DNA of 64,000 bases from Pelomyxa schiedti (Eukaryota; Protista; Evosea): the NCBI GenBank assembly GCA_020536535.1, contig JAHLWZ010000805.1, positions 1 through 64,000 on the forward strand, read 5' to 3'. The position numbers and the translations under genes were made by a program. The notes under the pieces were generated by a model. That model searched no databases, was not told the origin of the DNA, and worked only from the letters and a program-made list of their open reading frames with translations. Positions 42,955 to 57,900 of the stretch are shown one piece after another (position 1 is the stretch's first letter; the number at the start of each line of letters is the position of its first letter).

Positions 42955-45900
42955 TTACTGCTTAAGTAACTCAAACCATTGGCGAATGGCACTGGCCAGA
43001 GTTTCTGGTAGTGCAGAGATTGAGCGGACAACGATGTAGTAATTAAATGGGAATGTGTCCATGTACTTGTTGACTGTCAACTTTCCTCCCGGATATGAGA
43101 TAGTCTTTGAGGACCATTAGTGATTGATTACCAACTGTAGGAGGACTTGTGTACCTGTAAATCGAGAATGGAAGAATTGGCGGCAGGATTGTCAAGGATG
43201 ATAAAGACCAGTAGAACCCGCCTGCCACTTGCCTCTAGAACCCACTTCTGTAGGCTCTCCCTTTCCCCAAATCTCCCTGCATACCAGTTAAGAAAACTGG
43301 AGGGAGGGGAAAAACTGGGAAGATACCATCACTTAGAATGAAGACAATCTGCAAAAACTGGGTAGAGTGAACTGACGTAGGGGCATTAAGCCGTGCAGCG
43401 GCCAGTAGAGGCAGAACCAAAGTCAGCAACTTGCTGAGGTTCGTTGATTTGTCTAGAAACGTAAAGCGTGACACTGCCTGTTTGAGTGATTTGAGTCTAA
43501 TTGTCGGTACACAAGATTGGAAATGAACCTGGGCGCCCTCAGTGTCACTCAGGGCAGTCGGGCAAAGAGGACGTACAACAGATGCTTCTGTGCCAAAGGA
43601 TACTAATGCCAGTTCCCCAACTTCAAGCCTGGCTAGAGCCCTGGAAATGAGAGCAAGAGCACACAAAGCGGTTTCCCCAGCATGGTTATGCCTCATACTT
43701 TCACTGTTATCAATTGCCAAAACTACATGATATCGGCGTGCGTGGGGCCGGGTTCTGCGAAGCCAGATTTTGTCTTTCTTATATTGGCTGGCTATGTAAG
43801 GAATGACCTTCAAAAAGTGTTACCATCACGTAATCAGGATTAAAAATCTAAGTGCTGTACTTTTTTCATGTTGATTCTTTTTCCAGTGCGATAATCTCCG
43901 CGGAGTTGTGTGGCTTGTGTAGGCTCAAGAGTAATACGTAAGTTTTCACACAACTCTTGTGCTAGTTGTGACATTCGCATGTCATATTCTCTCCATTTTT
44001 CCATTGCCTCGATTCACATTTAGACGAATGTTTCCAAGAGTGTTGGTACCTTGCCCAAATCTGTATCACACTCGAGGGTTGAGTCGACTGGATGGGTTTG
44101 TATGGAATCCACTTCCATAGGGGGCGCTGGTTGATTACTTGACATGTAGCCAGTTGACACGATGTTGGCTTTTAAAGATTAAGGCAGTTAAACATGAGGA
44201 ATTCGCATACAGGCATCATTCTCCTGAGGAATGCCTTCATCGTCAGATATCACAATAGGTTCTGTGTCTTCAGAGATAGCAGATTTTTGGGATTTTGGAT
44301 GTACAAAGCGGTTCCTGCATATTGTTGAGTAATCAACTATTTCCAGCTGTATCACACTTTTTGAAGTCAGATTTCATGCTTGGTAGAGTAGAGGGAAGAT
44401 CGGTATTGCGGTCTTCCTCTGGTTTCTCTTCTTCGGCCTTTTCTGGTTTTACTTCTGTTTCTGGTTGAGGTTTTTCAGGCTCGGGAATCATCACTTGATT
44501 TTCTTCTGTTGATGGGCCCTGTGCAAGTTGAGGTTTCACACCAAAAAAAATTTACACAACACCTACCAGTGCTTGAGGAGCCTTCTCAGCCTTCTCCTCT
44601 TCTTCCTCGTGGACATATCTGTGTAGAGAATTTTCATTACCATCCTCTTCCGCGGGATTGGAGGCTTCGTTTTCATCTTCTTTAGCTGGATTATTTGTTG
44701 AATCAATCACTTTGAGCAGTCTTTTCCATTCTTTCAGTGCATCTCCAAGAGAATTGTGAGGATTTGGCTTGGGCATGCTGCGGCTGTTGGGGATATCCGA
44801 GGCTTCGTTGCGCTCTTTGCCGTTCTTGATTGAAGTGGACTCTTGCTGTATGTAGAGAGGTTTTTAGTCTGTGGTGCTTCTTTGGTAGGAGGTACCTGGC
44901 CTGAAGCAGGTTGACCGCCAGACTGTTCTTCTGAAGCACATGCTTCTTCTTGATTTTTGTTTTCCTCATCCTTGTCCTCTACCTCTTGGACTTCAGCACC
45001 AGCATGGCTTGTTGTATCTTTAATTCCAACTGTATCACTTTTCGGGGCAGGGGCATTGTCTTCAGGTTTGGTATCACTATCTTTGTCATCCATAGTGGTG
45101 TCAACATTTGTGTTCGATGGTTGGGTGTTATTTGCACTTGGATCTTCTCCCTTTTTATCTTCCTCGTTCTCTTCGTTCTCTTGAGCTTCCTGGCCTACTT
45201 CAGTAGGTGCTGTAGAATCCTGGGAAGAGTGAATTCCTGGTCACATTATCTATGGATTATAACCTTGTTGCCATTGTCTTCCTTTTCATCTTCCACTTTA
45301 TCTGTTCCACCTTCGGGCTTACTTTCATCTTCACCTTCTTCCTCCTTTTCATCAGGCTTAACTTCTTCCAGGCCTCCCAATTCAGGAGGTTGCTTTTCGC
45401 TCTGTTCTGGATGAAGGGCGTCTTCCAAACCTTCCTGATCAAGCTCTGGTTCCATCTCTACAGAAATTAACATTATTAAAATGATAATAAGTTATAAAAG
45501 TAGTTATTTGCTCTCTAAAACTTGTATTGTGTGTTAAGTAACGTATAATTCGTTGAAAAGATTAACACCTTCTTGTTTTTCCTCGGATTCATCTTCATCT
45601 TCTTCATCACCAGAGGGAGCAGGGAGCTCCAGATCTCCCAGGTCTTCCCTTTCGTCAACATGTTGGTCGTTTGTGGGTGGTTCATCCGTAACCTTAGGCC
45701 AAAATTAACTTGGGGGTGGTGTGACTTACTTACTTGATTGTCAGGATTATCGTCAGGATCCTGCTCTTCCTCTTCCCCTTCTCCCGCATCTTGTTCATTT
45801 TCATCCTGTTCCACAAGTTCTCCTTTAGGAGTTTCTTTTTTATTCTTCTTTTTCTTCTTCTCTTTCATTTCCTCCTCTGTTGGTGCAGCCATTGTCTGGT

Positions 45901-48900
45901 CTGTATTTGCTTTCTTCTCCGACATCCCCGACTCCACCTCTTCTCTATCCGGCTTCTCATTTTCGTCAGGTTCGTTATCTGATTCCTCCCACATTCTTTT
46001 GTCAATTACTTGTGCGTCATCCATTTCACCCATTTCTCGGTCAGGTTCCCTGGTAATTTTATAAGAGACATAAAAATGAAGAAATAAATAAAGGAAAACG
46101 TACTCTTCAGGTTCTTCATTCTCATCTTCATTCTCGGGTTTGTCTTGAAGGTCACCATCTAAATCTCCTTTGGTATCTACTCCCTTGTCGAGATCAGTTT
46201 GTTCTGCTGGAGGTTGGTTGTCCTCTTTATCTTTGTTTGTCCCTGCAAGTTGGTCTTCATCTTCTATTTCGTCACTCACATCCTTAAAAACGTCATTTCT
46301 TGGTTTCATTTATTGTGGAAACCTTTTTCCCTTGACCGTTACCCATGCCTGTTCCTTCCACATCATCAGAAAACTTAGTCTCTGAGGGTTGGGTGCTATC
46401 ATCAGACTTGGGTGGGGTGCAAAATCCCTGGCTGAAAAGTGTATGCAGTATACTTAGGGTTATGTACGCCATTTTGTTGATCTGTGGTTATGGTTAGTGT
46501 AGCCCGAGAAATTCTGAGCCTACAGATTTTTGGAATCCTAGCTGTAGTGAAAGAAGACAAGTAACAACGCCCAAATAGCGAGAAACGACAGGGTAAGCTG
46601 AACGGCAATGTTGTGTTATATAAGCTAGCCTCTCAGCTGAGTTATTCACTTGGATAAATTCAGCCTAGGGTTTCATTAGACTCCAGGAGAAATTGAAAAA
46701 AAACAGAAAAACACACCAAAGAAGTAAGCATTGTACGGAGTTGGGTAGAGAAAACACTAATATTCAAAATATGCAGAATCTTAGTATTGGCCTCGCAAGT
46801 ATCAATTAAACTGCTCTCTTTTTCAAGGAATCCTGCATTAGTTTGTTCCCCTGTTGTGCTGAGAGCAGGCATTTCAGGAGAGGCGGGGTGCTCAGCCAAC
46901 CGCTTCAGTTCTTGCACAGAGAAAACGACATGACGAAGTACTTGTGCCACATTTGTATCCACTTGCTCGGAGGTAATGGAACTTGAAATAGGTGTAGGTG
47001 TCCTAATTAATCTTGCCTTCACTTTGAAGAGTGTTTCTTCAGTCTAAGGAAAATTCAATGAAGGATGCAATGAGTGAAAGAGCCATACTCGGAGGATGAA
47101 AGAAGACACTGATGCTGCCACAGTCACAGGAAGCACAGTGAGTTTTCTCATGGCAGAACTTACTTCTTCAAACTCCTTGATGTACTCAGAGAGAATCTCA
47201 GAGCATTGTTTCGTAAAAATGATGCACTTGTCGAAGTCACAGTCATTAATTTGACTCTTTTGGGGTTCAATAAATAGGGAAAAAAAGGGTGCACTTAATT
47301 GACCTGGAGGCGTGAATACCGCTGTAAACATGCTGATACAACAAGATGAACTTCACTATCAAGGTTGCTTTTAGAGGCTAATTGGTGCAAAGGTCTGGCT
47401 ATTGACTGCAATAGAACAGAAAGTTCGGTCAGATATTGTACAGCAAATAGTACATGCTCCGACATCAAACCCAGGCACTCTTTCATGGATGTTTGATCGG
47501 GCAAGGTACTGGAAGTTGGGGTGTCTTGTGTGCTTTCCGCATTTGAAGAGGGTGCTAGTAAAGCAAGCTCTCCACACATGCAAAGAAGTGTAGAACACTG
47601 GGACAGAGCACCAAGGAGGTGCATGCGGTGAACTGCGGCTACAGAGAAAAGATTGGACACATAAGTGCAGGATCGTTGAACCTTAAAGCACCAAAGTTAC
47701 CATTTTCCATCTTAGTTGATCGGGGAAATACCTCAGAAAGTGTGAGGTCCTTTGAATGCATCCTGGCAGCCGTCTTAAGGGAACCAAACTTCTGTATGCA
47801 TCTGTAATAGTATACATCCCCCTTTTCATGCCAGTTCAGCACCGACTTCATCAACGATTTACCTTTGGTACAGTATGATGACTGAGAGAGGAAGGTGACT
47901 TCCAGACATACTTGCGAAGGTCGTCTTGGACACAAGAAGGTTGACTATTTGCTCCATTGAAGGTGAAGGTAACTGCTGCATAAATGAAGTCATATCGACT
48001 TTTTCCTTTTCTTGATGAAAATACTGAGACAGTAATGGGTGGGAGTACATGTTTAATGTATTTTGGTTTTCCAGAGAGCCCTAGGTGCCGTAATTTTTTA
48101 ATCATTTCAACAAAAGCCATGTGCTTCATGTTCCTATCATTAGCTGGGGGGATACTAGGGGGATTCCCTGGCGTTTTGGTACTAGTAGGGTTCCCACTGG
48201 CTGGCTGAACTGCACCCTGAGTGTGCGATATGTCAGAGGTTGTGGAACCAGCTTTGACGCCACTACTGGAAGTTGGAGTAACAACTGAGGGAGTTACAAC
48301 AGTTTGTGTTTGAAGGTGCTGTAGGTCATAAATGCGTGTGAGGGCATCACTGCACAAGCTCTCAATAGCTAAAAATCCCGAGGTCCCATACAAGCCCTGA
48401 ACTGGAGGGAGTATGGCACATGTGCAAAATTTGTCCATTTTAGTTATCAGGTGTGACAGTCCTTTGGAAAGGAGAGGAATTTCTAGAGCCATAGAGATTA
48501 GGGAATAGTAGAGTTGGGTGAATAAATACCAAGTGGTAGGTTCACTGGAAGATTATGGGTGGCAATGGATGCAATTGACAGGAAAACTTGTAACATAGGT
48601 ACAGTCTTTTCATTTCTATTCAAATGTGAATGAAACACACAGGTGGGAAGGAGAGTGAACTCAAGGTCAAGTGCTGTCTCGCCATTTGGATGTTCATCAG
48701 AAGGGGTAAAACACTCAACCGCAGGAGCCAGAAGAATCTTCTGTTCATGAAATGAACAACTGGAATGTTGCACGATATTAATGTAAGCACACTTCATATT
48801 TCCTGCAATATTTCAAAAGGGTTTTGTGAGACTTGTCTGCTCTTTCTTTCAAAAAGTAATAATCAAGCTTGTCCCATTTGGCGATCTTGACAAAATCTAT

Positions 48901-51900
48901 CAATTCTTTTTCGATTTCTGCCTTTTGTGTATCTATTGCTTGTTTCACTCTGGGTAGTGGTTTAGGACTTTAAAAATTGGTAGAAAACAGACTTCGGTGA
49001 ATGCATTGCGTAATACTTGAAGGTGTTCCATAAAATGTTGCTTAGTAGCTGCTTGTGGGGATTCTGGTGGCCACGCAAATCATTTAGAAGATGGTTGTGG
49101 AAAGATAGTAGCATTGTGAGTCTCGTTTCAAATTCACCCAAAGAAGAGGTGTCCATGAAATGTTCCAGACTAAGAGATATTAAAAAAAAAAAGTGTTGGT
49201 TCCCATTTGTTACTTGGCCTGAAATTCCTTAAGTCCGCACTGGTTTTGCTCAGCGTTATTCGCTTCATTGGTTTGTACAGCACTGTATAGGTGGAACCAC
49301 CACTGTTTTACATTGTTCTTAGATCGAAGTTGAGATACATGTTTCTACCTGGAAGGCTTTCCCACTTATTTCATTTGCTCTATCTTCAAGTACGGCTTTC
49401 CATGAAGATAACTCAACTTTCCTCCACCGTGCCACAAGTTGTGAAATTGGTAACAGAACCTCTGTTCACAAAATAAGCTGGGAGGGGAGGAGAAGGTTTA
49501 AAACCAGAAAGAGATAAATTTCTGCTTGCAGATGCTTCCCATTTCTGTGCTTGGGTCAGGAGAAGCTCTAATCCCGTGAGAAACTACAAGTGAAGTCAAA
49601 GCACCAACATAGAATAGTAGGTAGTACCTTTATAAGCGGCGATGAGACACTGAAAGTCAATATCCTTTGACTTAGCTGAACCAATTGCTTCAGAACCTCC
49701 TGGTCAGGCCATTCTTCGAGAATGACCCTAACACGAGTAATTACATTTTTTAGGGGATCCACAAGAAGCCTTGCTTCTGGGATTTTAGCTATCTTTGAAG
49801 ATATTAGAAAGAGATAGTGGAGGGAGTGTCTAACTTTGTAAATATTGAAATCTGGAGTGTCCTGAGGTACTTCAGAGAATAGGTGGGAGAGGTAGGATGA
49901 CATGGCAACATTACAGCAGTTTTCTTTGGACTCTATTTCCAGTGAAACAGGAAGACCCTCATCTAAATTAAGTTAGTAGAAGTTATGTCACAGAAGAAAC
50001 CATGTAGAAGGGAGTATGCTGCCCGATAGTTGTTTACAATGACATCCGTGACTGTGTCCTTTGCTGTGCACCAGTGTTGGGCCTGGCCAGTGTTAAAAAT
50101 TATTTGGAGGTATATTCTACCATTGGAGCAAACAAGGCGAAGTGATACTTCGTCACAATAAGAGCCAGATCATCGTCAGTAAGATTTTTAAGTAAGCAGT
50201 TTGAGTCATCTGTTGCCTCCAAGCATTGATCCGTTTTCTTTTCTGATGTATCTGATCTCTTTTCTCCTTCTTCCTCCTCGTGTTCTTCGTCAGGTTGGGG
50301 AATCACAATATCAGCATAAGCATCCCGAAAATCCGGGAAGAGTCGCTCCATATCCATTGCTTCCCGCTGTTTCTCCCCTACACCTTCCACATCAAGTGTG
50401 ATGGTTCTTGCTTTAAACTTGAACAACTTTGCCTCTTCCTCCTCTTTCTCGCGTTTCACTGTTTGTCGGCGTTCCCACTCTTGATGATAATTTGAAAATA
50501 CAGCTGAGATGATCTTTGTATAGGATTACTCCATGAAAACAGGAAAAATTACTTACGTTTCGGGAGTCTTCAGAGATTTGTTTATTGACTGCATTACAGA
50601 AAAGTAGGGTGCCACTAAGGAAAGATTGCAGCACTGTTGACAGCGAAGCAGGTGACAGTGATTCCAGCTTGGAAGCATCCTGCCTGGCGTGACAAATTGC
50701 CTTATCAATGCACTCCAAATGTGGGAAGGTGAGAGATAATTGTAATAAAGGCTGTAAAGGAAATAAGTTGGAGATGGGAAACAATAAGGTGAATATCTAC
50801 CTCACTGGTTGAATTTACGGACGAAACGCAATACGCTGTTACATGCATTCCATATTTAATGCTCAGAACAGAAAGAACGATTGGATTTGACACATCTCTG
50901 TAGGAGGAAAACCTATGCTCGAAGTTTTTAATGAAGTGGAGAGTTTCAGCCTAACACTATTAGCAATTTGCCATTAACAGTGCGGGGCAACCTGCCAGGC
51001 TTCCTCCTTTTCTAATGCATATTTGTTTTTTCCATGTGGTCCCTTGGACTGCACAAGCAAGTTAAGTAGTTCTAGTACCTTCTCTATACTTCCTATCATT
51101 GTGGAAAAGCGATGGACTTCATTGAACAGAGCAATGAAATCAGATGTTGAAGGGCGGTCTATGAACTGGTCTTTCAAGGTGTCACACTGAAGTTTCCTTC
51201 TGTGGGCCTCACTTTGCAGACCTCGTATAGTACCATTGCTTTCCTTTCCCGTGAGAATTTGCTCGATCTACATGTATTAGATCTTTGTGAGTGAGTCCCT
51301 TATTTCAACCTTTGTTCGGGTGGAAATTTCAATATCCAAGTCTGAAAGAATTTTTTCCTGAGTCTTCAGTTTGGAGTTTTTACTCATTACGGGATCACAA
51401 GGAACTAGTGGCTCCAAAAGCTTAAATCTAATGAGGCCCATCAATACCCAACCCCTTCCTATTGCCAAAAGCTCCCCAGGCAGAGTAGAAGCCACTGACG
51501 GTGTAAGACCCCAAAGAATTTCTATGAGGGGGACCACAAGGAGATCGATGACTGAGTGGTACCGTCTTTCTGAACAAGTTCTCAGTGCTTGTGTGAATTC
51601 CTCTTTTGATGTTCTAGTGACTTTTTCTTCAGCTGCACCAGGTAGTTTTTGCCATGAAGTTAACGTGGGATAAATCACAGACACCCATTGAGTTTTATCA
51701 AAGTATTTCTCCAAGGCCAAGATGGTTTCCACGAAGGTGGAAATTAGAAGGGAGCACTGCATAGAGAGAGCAGTAACTGGTGGTGTCTCAAGCAGCAATT
51801 TTGTCAGTGATGTCATCTTAGTTGCTCTTGTTTTAGAGGCGGAAATTGAGACTTGGTCATATCGGGCCATAGTATTTACACTTAGATGTGTTATAACGCT

Positions 51901-54900
51901 TTGGAGAAGTCTTGAAGGCCCACAGAGATACGGTTCTTGGGTAGTATCATCAAAGGATGTGCGCCAGCTACGAAGATGGAAGGAGGCATACATGAGAGGA
52001 ACTAGCCTTCTGACAGCTAAAACAGATGAGAAAAGAGAAAAACGGGGAAGATTTGCACACTTTCTGTATTGTCTTCCTTAGTGAGTCTCCATGAAGCCTC
52101 CAGGTAAGGGGAGGCATCCACGGGACTTCGGGAGCTCTGGTCAAGCATCAATTTCAACAAGGACCTGCACTTAGCAACAACTGTCTCGCTGGAAGTAAGC
52201 ACACCCTTTTTACCATCTGTCATCGCTGATGCAGTACTGTGATAAAGTCTTGATATCAACTCGAGCTCCTGAGCCATACTTATATAATCAAAGAAGGGCC
52301 ACAAAAGAGAATCATCATTCTGGGAGTATTCCTCAGAATGGGACTGAATCTTTTTTTGTTCCTCTGTGACTTGACTTTTGAGAAGCTTTATTGAACAGTG
52401 AAAAAAAGGTTGCTGCTTGAAAATTGTACCTCTGAGATTTGCGTGACTTCTTCAGGAGATGTCTGCATGACCCCAGCAACAGTTACTACAGACTCAACCA
52501 TGATACGCTTAAATTGTGACGAGAATAAGGGAAAAACTGACCATTCCCACAGAGCCTGGGTATCTGGCGATAGTTAGTAGGTACATAAAACTCACAAGGT
52601 CATACCAGCCTCAAGGCAACGAAACAACCCAAGACAATCAGATAAAGCAGCATACTCCCAGTTATGTTTAAGGGCTGGAGGATGTATAAACTTCCAAACG
52701 GGCATTGTGTCAATGTAGGCCATCATAGCAGTGTCTAACTTGTCCGTTACTGTGCGGAAATTGGAGGTCCATTCAATATGAGTATGCATGTGTGAACCAT
52801 CTTGACTATTTTGTGGTCCTTCAATAGCTGCACACGGACAACAACAATGCTCAAGCCCCGATTCAAGTTTCTTCACTTGCCTCACTAGGCGCCTCCAGCA
52901 GGGGGCAAAGATGTCCACTGGTATTCCAGGTAGTGGTGGGCCCCTTGCCAACATGCCCCACAAACAATGTACATCCCTCAAAAATTCATTGAAAGGAGAC
53001 TGCATGCAACCACAGGGGGAAATTGAGGCTGCTAACCAAGAAAGAAGTGACTCCCACAGAAAGTGGAAAAAAGGGTACAACAGATACTCCCACTCTGTTT
53101 GCGCTATGGATGAATCTCTGTCAACAAGGTTAAGGGCATAAGGATTATAATAAAGGTGGTTACTTAGTTCCCATAAAAATCGCCCACGATCTTTGTACTG
53201 CTGACAATGTGGAAACTTGTGTGGACTCATCATATTCATTTGCCTCCACAACTGAAAGGAAAATTACCCTTCGGAGCATTTGTACACGTGTCAGAATATG
53301 GTAGAAAGCAGTGTAAGGTTCTGGAGAAGGAGTTTGAAGACATAAATCATAAAGCATGAATAGAGGTAGATTTGCTCCTCTTTCAGTGGTCTGCAAGTAT
53401 TGGTCAAGTGGTAATTTCTTTCTTTATTAGGTCAATAACGGACCTGCATTCTTGTAAGAGGGGCGCCAAGGACTTCTGCCAACTTTGACCATCCACATTT
53501 CAGCTCAGTAACAGCAGGGTGCGCATATAATTTCTGCAGAACAGAAGAAAATATTTCTACTTTTGCCCTGACATCCTTAATGGAGTTGTTCCCTACAGGA
53601 ATGCTGATTGAAGGCAGCACTGCATTTGTTGACCAGGAGTTAAGAACAGCAAGTCTGTGATCCCAATCATCCAGTGAAGATACCTCAATGAAATATTGGC
53701 CAGCCACTTGCAAAGAGGATTGACCCTAGTGGAAATTAGTAATTCTTCATAAAAAGTACACCAACATGTTCGCCATCTGGAACGTGAAGAGCCTTCAGTT
53801 GAAGGTGCCGTAAGAAAGACCCTTGGCGTGATATAAGACCTGCAACTGCGTTCTGACAAGCAAGCTGTGTTGTACAATGCATTGGCCAGTGGGCTGGAGC
53901 AAAAAAGTCTGGACTGTTGTCCATATTAGAAAACTACAAGATAAAAAAAGTCACCAACTTAGATTTGTTCCACTTATTGAAGAGTGCGGAAAATTGAAGT
54001 TTGATAAAGTTTGCATGCTCTGGATTACGGCAAGGGCGAAGGTAGACTGAAGGAACAAGTCAGGTGAGGACCAAAGAGTGGCTACTAACCTTGCTCCATT
54101 GAAATATACAAGGAAAGTATTAAGCCCATTCCCTTTTGAGCTTGATCCAGAGTAAGTTGCGCAAAGTGAAGAAGATCTCTCATAGAATAACCCCATTCAG
54201 AAAGAGATTGCATGTGGGTGCTCACATTAGTATGAAATTCCGCCATGGTTGAGGGAATTTCAGAGCCTTCATACTATGAGATCATCTCTTAAGAGAAAGA
54301 AAGTACAGTACCAGGAATACCAATTGAGTTCAAAATCTGAATTGTGTCTTCTGAAGAAGCTTGCATGGGGGGAACGAAGATCTCAATTCCTCTGTTCCGC
54401 ATTGCTCGTGATACTTCTCCATTTCGGGGATCCATTGTGAAGAATATCCTGAACCTACTGTGAGGGCGGACCTCCTTGATTTTCCCATCTGCAAGAACAC
54501 CACGCTCAGTTACACTTAAAACTCCATTTGGTTCCAAAACTGGGAAATACAAGTCCGTTAAATGCTTATGGAGATTATTGATTACAGACCTGAGTTCAAA
54601 CGATCCAGAACTGTTGGGTTACAGAAGTTCACATTATCAATCAGAACCCATTCCCCACGTTCCATTGCCTTTTTTTTTTGTGGGTAACTAAATGTACTCT
54701 TGAATTGAACAAAATCTACCTGTATCAACAACCCATCTATCCATTCAAATCTTCCTGAGAGCTGCAGAGTTTGTACTGATGACAAGTAATTGGAAAGTGC
54801 CGTTCTTGCTGAGATGACCCTGTCCTGTTCAATGGGCAGACCCAATTTTAAAAGTGTGTCAATATGCTTCATAAGGTTCTCAAGTGCAGATTGTTGTTCA

Positions 54901-57900
54901 GGATCGAGCATTGGGGATCTTCACAAAATGAGGCTGAAGTTTAGAAGAAATGCACTACCTATTGTGGAACTTTTCTCTAAAAGAAAATGCAGCCCAGTGG
55001 TCTTGAAGCTGTTGTAGGGCAGAAAGACAATACCCAGTGGGGTCACATGACTGGTCTTTGCTGCGAGCAAACAGTGTAACACTACAACTGTGTACAAGAT
55101 CCTGTATAAGTGATATTGTGCGCTTTTTGTGTCTGTGTACATCCACCTGTTCGTACCCACCTTAAAGGCTGTTAAGTGCGGAGGATAGAGTCCTGTGTAC
55201 ACACCAAGCAGTTCCATTGTATCAACAGAACTATTCATACTAAATTCGTGTAGTCTATTCCCTGTGAGAACAGAAAGGAGTCGCACAAGTGAAGTCTTTC
55301 CAGATGCTGTTGGTCCGACAAGGATTGTCAACCAACCCATTTCTATGCACTAATAAAAGTTCTTTAGTTGAGGCAAGAGAAATAGTAAGTTTTACTTTCA
55401 TAATGTGTTGCAGAGGGGAAGTGAAACTTTGGAGTAATTCCAAGTTGCTCCTGGTAAGAAAGGAGGGTAAAGGATCACTTCTCATCAGCCAGGAATGTCC
55501 TACCTGAGTTTGTTAACGGCAATCATTGCAGTCTCAAATATACCTGAAAAATTGAAGGGGACAAGTAGTTGTCTAGTCTGTTATCGAGATGTGGGAAGCA
55601 ACCCATTATTTTTTTGTACAGCTCTCTTGCTTGTTTCTTATCCTCTTCTGTTCGGAGGCGAGAAATGAAAACTAACTCCACATATTGTGCATAATCCCAA
55701 GGAGTGGGTGACATTTTTTCTCTTTGTCGTTGTACCGGCTTTGTGAGACAGTCACACCAACGGAAAAGATCTCGAAGGTTAAACTCCCATGGGCCTCCAG
55801 TCCTATTGGAATTAAATGCATGTAAATGGGGAGCACCGAAAAACCTGCCAAAAAGGCCTTTGTCACATACAGAAATAGATAATTCTGCTGTAAATTGTAT
55901 CATTTTGGCTAGAACATGGGGCTCAATTTGTGGGTACATGGCTGCAGTAATGATGGACATATCTGACACACCAAGTTTATCAATAAAAACCTTTCAGCTC
56001 TTTAGGTGAGTGCTTCAATGGAACTAGAATACCTGGGTAAATCTATTTAAGAAAGATTTTGGGAGACCCTTCCGTCCACCTCCTTGATTAGTTGGGTTCT
56101 AAAAGAAAAAAGTCAGCTAGGGTGATTAACAAAGGTGTTTGGAACCTGGCATGCAAATATTCTGAATTCTCCCAGGCAATGGAAAGTCCGGTCAATCTCT
56201 GGGATGTAAATGCTTGTCCTGTGGTCAAGGCATGAGTTCAAGCCCTCCAGTACTGCCTGTGAGGCCAAGTTCAATTCATCCAACAAAACCCAATGTCCTT
56301 CCTGGTACGTGGGAGTGGAGATTACAATGAAACAAGGTGTTACCTTTAAGGCACGAAGGAAGACACCATCCCTCCAAGAGAATTCCCCTCCCATTCCATC
56401 TTCAGTTGGCAGATCGGCACCCACCAAATCACTCATATCTGTGTGTTCTGATAGATTTATCCTTGTAAATTTGTGTCCTGATGCCGCTGCAAGTGCCGAA
56501 ACCAGACTTGTCTTGCCAACACCAGGGCTTCCCTCCTATAGTTGTGTTTAGAGGGAAAAGGGGATGGCACAGCAGACGAACCAGAAGAATTGCTCTAGGC
56601 AGCTGAAGAGCCCGCACCATTCTTAAAGAATTTCGGGCGGTTGTGGGAGCACCGAAAATATACTGTGGTGAAGTCACGGAAATGGCACCATTTTGTATTG
56701 CAAATGGGCCGATCACAAGATGTGTTCCAGTATTGTGCACAGAAATTGTACTTTCCACCAGAGAATCTGTTGATGTCATCAAGGACACAACCTTTGTGTC
56801 TTGTAGAAGGGAATCTGTTTAATCCAGTGAGTTCAAATTATCAGTAGGCAATAACACACCGCGTAAGAAACCAAGGCAGTCATTCCTTAACTTGTGAGCA
56901 GCTTCTTCATGAAGTCCAAGACTTATCCCGACGCCATCAAGTAGTACCTGGAAGGAAAATGTTACCCAAAAAAAGAGAGAACGAAGACTCTACTAGACAG
57001 GCCCCATTTATAAATGACTGATAGGGGGATAATGTTTTTTTGGCAATGACACTGGTGTTCATGAAGTCAACCCAACCAAGAACATCACGAATGCTCATAA
57101 CTTGCTGGTTTCTCTGTGATGTGCTTAGGAGAATAGGTCTTTAGGTAACACCCACCTGCTTTGCAGAAAACCACATCACAAAGTTGATAATATGGGGGAC
57201 AAAGTCCGTGAGAGACGCATGTATTCTGGACTGGATTATATGCGCCTACATATCCTTGAGAAAAAGAAGCAAAGTGTGGCTATGCACATAATCAACAACA
57301 GGATCTAACTGTGGTACCCAAATTTCTGTAAATCGGTTTCTCATAGCAGGTGAAAGTTCTCTGGTGTGCTCTAAGATTAAGACCACAACCAAGAAACTAC
57401 TACCTTTTCCCATAATCGCCTCCGGGATTCATGGTGGCAACAATTTGGAAAGCGGGGTTCGCATACAACTCTTCATAGAATGTTGCATTCTACAGTACCC
57501 AGTTGATGAGGGCAACAAAGATCTTAGAGATAACCTTTTCTGCCAATACCAACAATCTTGAAGGTTCCAGTACACTATTCAATCTTTCTAGAACTGCATC
57601 CTCTGTGCTCTTTGAGCCAATAAAACAAAAAAAAAGAAAAGAAAAAATACCTGCAAGGGATATTTCATCGAGAAGCAGGACACTCCCATCTTTCATTGCT
57701 TTTACAAGGGGCCCGTCACACCACTCAAAGAGGGTATTGTACTTCGTATGTAAATCAGAAATGATTTTCAGTGATGTCTATGAACAGTGAAACCAAGTGA
57801 AGACTATTGAAGAAAACCTTATAAAGATCGCTCTTCTGGGCTACTGGCTCAACAACTTTAGAAAACCAGGACATTAGCTCAGAAATTTGCAATTCTTGGT